Assembly (NCBI GenBank): GCA_036676985.1
Contig: JAKFBU010000068.1
Location: 1-31,660, forward strand
Length of the DNA stretch: 31,660 nt
Direction of reading: 5' to 3'
Origin: Candidatus Sericytochromatia bacterium
GTDB taxonomy: Bacteria; Cyanobacteriota; Sericytochromatia; S15B-MN24; UBA4093
Shown here: positions 26,880 to 31,660 of the stretch, piece by piece
How positions within the stretch are numbered: the stretch's first letter is position 1
Layout of the letters: each line of letters begins with the position of its first letter
Notes under the pieces: generated by a model
What the model was told of the DNA's origin: nothing
Seen by the model: only the letters and a program-made list of their open reading frames with translations
The model's database searches: none
Translations under genes and position numbers: made by a program

Positions 26880-28145
26880 ATGAGGAATCTTCATCGGATA
26901 ACCGCATGCTTGTTGAGTGCCGTGGCGCTTTCCACAGCGGCCTGCGCACGCGGTCCCGCCTCGGCGCCCATCGAGCCGGGTTCGGGGGGCCCCGCAGAAC
27001 TCATCGTCAAGTACAAGGCCACGCGCGACATCCAGTCCCTCACCCGGATCCCCCCCTCGGTCGAAGGGGCAGTCCAGGCCGATGCCATCAGCTTCGACTC
27101 CGACGACGACCTGCACCTGGTTCGGCTGCCCAAGGGCACGAACCTGGACGCTGCCATCGCCAAGTACGAAGCCAACCCCCGCGTCGAGTGGGTCCAGCCC
27201 AACTACGAGGTGGATGCCCGCTCGGCCCTGAGCGTCCAAGGCGCCTCCGATCCCATGGCCTCCCAGCAGTGGCACCTCGAGCGCGTGAAGGCGCCCGGGG
27301 CCTGGACCCGATCCACTGGAAACGGCGTCATGGTCGCCGTCCTGGACACGGGCATCGACTTCCAGCACCCCGACCTCGCGGGTCAGGTCGTGAACGGACC
27401 CAACTATGCCGGCAAGGGCGACCCCAAGGATGCCTACGGCCATGGCACCCACGTGGCGGGCATCATTGCCGCCAAGGCCGACAACGGCGCGGGCATCACG
27501 GGCGTCGCGCCCAACGCCAAGATCCTCAACATCGCGGTTCTCGGCGCCGACGGCGCGGGATCGATCTTCGGCATCGCCAAGGGCATCAAGTACGCGGCCG
27601 ACTACGGCAAGAAGAACAAGGTCAAGATGGTGATCAACATGAGCCTCGGCGGCGCCGCCAGGCCGGACCCCATCAACTACCTGGCAGGCAAGTACGCCAA
27701 GCTAAAGGGGGCGCTCCTCATCGCCGCGAGCGGCAACGCCAATGGGCCGGTGAGCACGCCGGGCCGCCTCTCGGACTTCCTCGCGGTGGGGGCGAGCACC
27801 CAGGACGACCAGCGGGCAGCCTTCTCGAACTACGGCCCCGAGGTCGCCCTCAGCGCGCCGGGCGTGAGCATCCTGAGCACCATGCCCACCTACAAGGTGC
27901 CGATGAACGACTTCAAGGACTCCAAGGGCACGCCCATTGCGCAGAATTACGCGAGCCTGCAGGGAACTTCCATGGCGACTCCGGTGGTCTCCGGCGTGGC
28001 CGCCCTGGTCTGGAGCGCCAACCCCTCTTGGAGCGCCGCCCAGGTACGCGAGCGTCTGATGGAGAGCGCCCGGGACCTGGGCCCCAGCGGCCGGGACCCC
28101 GAGTTCGGCTTCGGGCTGGTCGACGCGGCGGCCGCCCTGCGCTAG
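26880..28145 (+). CDS. Secreted (possibly lipoprotein) subtilisin-like S8 serine peptidase with N-terminal propeptide
   Basis: Signal peptide ending ..STAAC; catalytic triad motifs VAVLDTG, HGTHVAG and GTSMATP; oxyanion AASGN; FSNYG. Confidence 0.93.
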   Translation: MRNLHRITACLLSAVALSTAACARGPASAPIEPGSGGPAELIVKYKATRDIQSLTRIPPSVEGAVQADAISFDSDDDLHLVRLPKGTNLDAAIAKYEANPRVEWVQPNYEVDARSALSVQGASDPMASQQWHLERVKAPGAWTRSTGNGVMVAVLDTGIDFQHPDLAGQVVNGPNYAGKGDPKDAYGHGTHVAGIIAAKADNGAGITGVAPNAKILNIAVLGADGAGSIFGIAKGIKYAADYGKKNKVKMVINMSLGGAARPDPINYLAGKYAKLKGALLIAASGNANGPVSTPGRLSDFLAVGASTQDDQRAAFSNYGPEVALSAPGVSILSTMPTYKVPMNDFKDSKGTPIAQNYASLQGTSMATPVVSGVAALVWSANPSWSAAQVRERLMESARDLGPSGRDPEFGFGLVDAAAALR

Positions 28146-29146
28146 GGTAGCGTCCGGATCGACAGGGAGTTTTGCTGGACGTTCACGACCAGCGCGTGGC
28201 CGGGGCCCACCACGTGGTAGTCGACCCCCTGGCGTTTGGTGTGGCTCGCGATCGGGACGTGGCTCGAGAAGACGGCCGAGACCCCACCCGCCCGGAACAC
28301 CTTCTCCAGGGCCCGGATCTCCTTCACGCTCTCCATCTGGACATGCTTGCCACGCCGCGGGTCGACGAGCGGCCAGTGCATGAAGACGAAGACGCGGCGC
28401 GCGCCCTCCGCGCGGTAGGCATTCAGGCGGCCGGCCAGCCAGTCGCGCTGCGCCTTGCCGACATGGGCATCGGCGTTGTCGAGGACCACGAAGCGATCGC
28501 GCCCGATGGCGAAGTCGCGCCGCACGGGACCGGTCTTGGCGACGTAGTCGCGGTAGCGATCGCGGTTGCCCGGAACCACGTAGGTCGGAAACGGCAGCCG
28601 CTGGAGGGTCTGCATGGTCTCGGCCAGGGAGGTCCGGGCGTTGCCGAGGTGCATGGCGAAGTTGACGCCCGGCACCCGCTGCGCCATCGCGAGCGCCGGC
28701 AGGTCGCCGCCCGAGACTGCGAAGGTGTAGTCGCCCTTGAGGTTCGGATCGAGCCGCCAGCGGGCCGTGCTCCCCCCGGAGAGCGTCACGCGCGCGAGCA
28801 TGGAGTTGCCGTCTCGCGTCGCGGCCTCGGCCACACCCTGCGGCGTCACCAGATAGGACCCGACGGGCACGTTGATCCACCGGACGGCGGTGCTCAGGAA
28901 GCCTGCGGACGAGTTCCGGAGCGATAGCGCGGTCTGCGGCGAGTTGGCCCAGATGGACACCTCATGCTCGCCCAAGGTACGCACCGCACCGTTGGAGACG
29001 CTCACCTGGGGCACGGGAGCCGCGACGACGGGGGCCACGAGGCCGAGCCAGCAGGAGGCGGCGAGCAGCAGGGCGGAAAGATGCCGGGTCGGGCGGGGAC
29101 GGACCTGCCGAGCTGCGAGGACCGGAGAGCGACGTACGGACGGCAT
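28142..29146 (-). CDS. Secreted protein with a degenerate calcineurin-like metallophosphoesterase domain
   Basis: Signal peptide. The C-terminal ~200 aa carry MPP-like motifs in the right order: FAVSGG, MHLGN, VVPGNRD, FVVLDNA, QRDWL, VFMHWP and FSSH. Start is ATG 29146 or TTG 29158. Confidence 0.7.
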   Translation of the reverse strand: MPSVRRSPVLAARQVRPRPTRHLSALLLAASCWLGLVAPVVAAPVPQVSVSNGAVRTLGEHEVSIWANSPQTALSLRNSSAGFLSTAVRWINVPVGSYLVTPQGVAEAATRDGNSMLARVTLSGGSTARWRLDPNLKGDYTFAVSGGDLPALAMAQRVPGVNFAMHLGNARTSLAETMQTLQRLPFPTYVVPGNRDRYRDYVAKTGPVRRDFAIGRDRFVVLDNADAHVGKAQRDWLAGRLNAYRAEGARRVFVFMHWPLVDPRRGKHVQMESVKEIRALEKVFRAGGVSAVFSSHVPIASHTKRQGVDYHVVGPGHALVVNVQQNSLSIRTLP

Positions 29147-29184
29147 TAGACGCCTCAAAGACAGGCTAAAGGGTCGACCGACCT

Positions 29185-29238
29185 ATCATACCACGGCGCA
29201 ACCGCTGCAAATGGGCCTCTCCGGTCGCATGGTAAAAT
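29185..29238. promoter_or_regulatory. Back-to-back extended -10 promoters for the MPP-like (-) and GH57 (+) genes
   Basis: Minus strand TGgTATGAT at 29193-29185; plus strand TGgTAAAAT at 29230-29238. Confidence 0.5.
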
Positions 29239-29298
29239 AGGAAGCTCGAAACATCGCGGGTATGACGCCGCGGTGACAGGGATATCAAGGAGTCCGGT

Positions 29299-31536
29299 GT
29301 GTCCAAGCTTAGCATTGCCGTGATCTGGCACATGCATCAACCCCTCTACAAGGACCGGCTGTCGGGCCAGTACCTGATGCCGTGGGTCCGCCTGCACGCC
29401 ATCAAGGACTACCTGGACATGGCGCAGATCCTGGACCAGTTCCCGACGCTGCACCAGACCTTCAACCTGGTGCCGTCCCTGCTCGAGCAGCTCATCGACT
29501 ACGGCCACAACGGGGCCATGGACCGGGCCATGGAGCTCACGCTCATGCCCGTGCGCGAGTTCTGCCTGGACGACAAGCGCTACATCTTCGAGCGGTTCTT
29601 CGACCTCAACTGGGACCACATGCTGGCGCCCCATCCGCGCTACCACGAGCTGGGCCTCAAGCGAAACGCGCTCATGGCGAAGTACACGCTCGACGAGGCG
29701 GTCCGACGCTTCGACGTGCAGGAGTGGATCGACCTGACGGTCTGGTTCAACCTCGCGTGGTTCGATCCCATGTGGCAAGAGGCGGACCCGGACCTGCAGG
29801 CCCTCATCCAGCGCGGCCGCAACTTCACGCAAAAGGATCGCGAGCTCGTCATCGCCAAGCAGCGGGAGCTCATCCGGCGCATCATCCCGACCTATCGCCG
29901 CATGGCGGAGGCGGGCAAGATCGAGCTCACGACGACCCCCTTCTACCACCCGATCCTGCCCTTGCTGGTCGACACCCAGTCGGCCCGTGTGGCGCGCCCC
30001 GAATTGCCGCTCCCCCATGCGCGCTATTGCCGGCCCGAGGACGCCCAGGCCCAGGTGCGCAAGGGCATCGACTTCTTCGAGAAGCACTTCGGCTACCGCC
30101 CGTCGGGCATGTGGCCTTCGGAGCAGTCCGTGAGCCCCGCCGTGATGCCTCTGCTGGCTGCCGAAGGCGTGCGGTGGGTGGTGAGCGACGAGGGCGTGCT
30201 CGGGCACTCGCTGGGCAAGAAGATGGTCCGCGACGCCCACGGGCAGCTGATGGACCCTGCGCCCCTCTACCAACCCTACTGGGTGGACATGGCGGGCCAG
30301 AAGGTCGCAGCCGTCTTCCGTGACATCGTGCTCTCGGACCTCATCGGCTTCTCGTATAGCCGCATGCCGGGTCATCAGGCCGCCAAGGACCTGGTGGGAC
30401 GCCTTAAGACCATCGCGAGCCGCGTTGGCGACGAGCCGCACCTGGTCACGATCGCCCTGGACGGCGAGAACTGCTGGGAGTACTACCACCGGGACGGAGC
30501 CGAGTTCCTGCGCGCCTTCTACCAGGAGGTCGAGGCGGACCCCGACCTCGAGATGGTCACGGTGGCCGAATATCTGGAGCAGCATCCGCCCCGCGAGACG
30601 CTCACGACCCTGCACAGCGGCTCATGGATCTCGTCGGACTTCACGACCTGGATCGGCGACCCGACGAAGAACCGTGCCTGGGACTACCTCTTCCAGGCCC
30701 GCGAGGCCCTGGCGGCCCGTGAGGGCAAGGGGTTGCCCGGCTGGGAGCAGGCCCGCGAGGAGATCCACATCGCCGAGGGCAGCGACTGGTTCTGGTGGTT
30801 CGGCGAGGGTCACAACTCGGGCCAAGACGAGCTCTTCGACTACCAGTTCCGCCTGCACCTCCAGAACGTCTATCGCCTTCTGGAGCTGTCCGTGCCCGTG
30901 GAGCTGGAACGTCCCGTCACCAAGCCCGCGCCGGCCACTCCGCAGCTCCCCATCACCGCGATCAACCCGAGACTCGATGGCCTGATGAACTCGGCCCCCG
31001 AATGGGCGGGGGCGAGCATCTACGATCCCACCTCGGGTCAGGGGGCCATGCATGCGGCCGCCACAGGGGTGCGCCGGATTCGCCTGGGTCACAACGACCA
31101 AGAGCTCCTGGTGCGCCTGGAGTTTGCGGAAAGCTTCGCTCCGACCCCCCAGGACTCGCTCGCGCTCTATGTCTACTATCCGGGTCAGCCGCGCATCAAC
31201 TCGCCCATCAATTTCAAGAAGGGGCAGGCGACGGGCACGACCAAGGACTACTACTTCGCCCACGAGATCCGCTACGACTGGGCGGACAGCATCGCCTACA
31301 TCTCCTTTGCGGGCGAGACGAACACCTGGGTCCAGATCGACCTGGCGGCCCATTCGGCCTTCCACGAGACGTTGGACCTGGCCATTCCGTTCCGGGCGCT
31401 TTCGGTGGCTCCCGGCCAGGAGATCCACCTGGTGGTCGCCCTGGCACGGGCCGGCGAACTGGTGGAACTGGCCCCGGCCAACCATGGCCTGGCCGTGCGC
31501 GTGCCCAAGTTGATGCCCGTACTTGGGATCGCCTGA
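29299..31536 (+). CDS. Glycoside hydrolase family 57 (amylopullulanase-like)
   Basis: GTG start after AAGGAG. Motifs WHMHQP, WVRLHAIKDY, PFYHPILPLL, GMWPSE (nucleophile), LDGENCWE (acid/base) and AEGSDWFWW, plus a C-terminal beta domain. Confidence 0.92.
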   Translation: MSKLSIAVIWHMHQPLYKDRLSGQYLMPWVRLHAIKDYLDMAQILDQFPTLHQTFNLVPSLLEQLIDYGHNGAMDRAMELTLMPVREFCLDDKRYIFERFFDLNWDHMLAPHPRYHELGLKRNALMAKYTLDEAVRRFDVQEWIDLTVWFNLAWFDPMWQEADPDLQALIQRGRNFTQKDRELVIAKQRELIRRIIPTYRRMAEAGKIELTTTPFYHPILPLLVDTQSARVARPELPLPHARYCRPEDAQAQVRKGIDFFEKHFGYRPSGMWPSEQSVSPAVMPLLAAEGVRWVVSDEGVLGHSLGKKMVRDAHGQLMDPAPLYQPYWVDMAGQKVAAVFRDIVLSDLIGFSYSRMPGHQAAKDLVGRLKTIASRVGDEPHLVTIALDGENCWEYYHRDGAEFLRAFYQEVEADPDLEMVTVAEYLEQHPPRETLTTLHSGSWISSDFTTWIGDPTKNRAWDYLFQAREALAAREGKGLPGWEQAREEIHIAEGSDWFWWFGEGHNSGQDELFDYQFRLHLQNVYRLLELSVPVELERPVTKPAPATPQLPITAINPRLDGLMNSAPEWAGASIYDPTSGQGAMHAAATGVRRIRLGHNDQELLVRLEFAESFAPTPQDSLALYVYYPGQPRINSPINFKKGQATGTTKDYYFAHEIRYDWADSIAYISFAGETNTWVQIDLAAHSAFHETLDLAIPFRALSVAPGQEIHLVVALARAGELVELAPANHGLAVRVPKLMPVLGIA

Positions 31537-31545
31537 GGCCTCACC

Positions 31546-31575
31546 TTGCCTGAGGGACTCGATCGTCGGTATAAT
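31546..31575 (+). promoter_or_regulatory. Sigma70 promoter of the tRNA gene
   Basis: TTGCCT(31546-31551)-18 nt-TATAAT(31570-31575), ending 9 nt before the tRNA. Confidence 0.7.
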
Positions 31576-31584
31576 GAGGCAGTT

Positions 31585-31658
31585 GCCTCCGTAGTTCAGT
31601 TGGATAGAACGTCTCCGTCCTAAGGAGAATGTCGGGAGTTCGAGTCTCTCCGGGGGCG
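31585..31658 (+). tRNA. tRNA-Arg(CCT); CCA not encoded
   Basis: Cloverleaf: acceptor GCCTCCG/CGGGGGC, D arm GTTC/GAAC with GG and the Arg identity base A20, anticodon arm TCTCC-GTCCTAA-GGAGA, T arm GGGAG-TTCGAGT-CTCTC, discriminator G. Confidence 0.96.
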
Positions 31659-31660
31659 CT

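Noticed and set aside
26864-28880. Alternative-frame ORFs 26864..28150 and 27702..28880
   Set aside because: Arg/Gly/Pro-rich off-frame translations overlapping the S8 and MPP-like genes; typical GC artefacts.
29155-31485. Long minus-strand ORFs 29155..30615 and 30622..31485
   Set aside because: Antisense shadows of the GH57 gene.
31585-31660. tRNA as integration site for the glycan cassette
   Set aside because: I saw no duplicate of the tRNA 3' end and no integrase in the window, and the cassette lies upstream beyond host-like genes.
1-31660. CRISPR array, IS, prophage or defence genes
   Set aside because: No spaced repeats, transposase, phage or nuclease motifs were seen.

Overview
High-GC bacterial chromosomal window, about 26.6 kb of which is a surface-glycan locus. 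Nucleotide-sugar genes sit at both ends on the minus strand: ugd (runs off the left edge), rmlB and long-form rmlA on the left, and rmlD on the right. No rmlC is visible. Between them is a roughly 22 kb, apparently more AT-rich block. It holds a Wzm/Wzt ABC exporter with a Wzt C-terminal domain, a methyltransferase-GT2 fusion (candidate chain terminator), four chain-building GT2s, two paralogous GT4-like 'MAGPAIR' proteins and an SDR epimerase. It also has an unusually rich set of extracytoplasmic decoration genes: four polyprenyl-phosphate-sugar synthase-type GT2s, a DUF2304 partner, GtrA and UPF0104 flippase-like proteins, and two GT-C-type membrane proteins (DUF2142-like and YfhO-like). To the right are a secreted S8 subtilase, a secreted metallophosphoesterase-fold protein with degenerate metal ligands, a GH57 hydrolase and tRNA-Arg(CCT). 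The best candidates for something new are the GacI/GacJ/GacL-like side-chain module coupled to a capped, ABC-exported rhamnan, a ~230 bp self-complementary intergenic element upstream of the YfhO-like gene, and the pseudo-phosphoesterase. All family calls come from motif recognition by eye; no searches were run.
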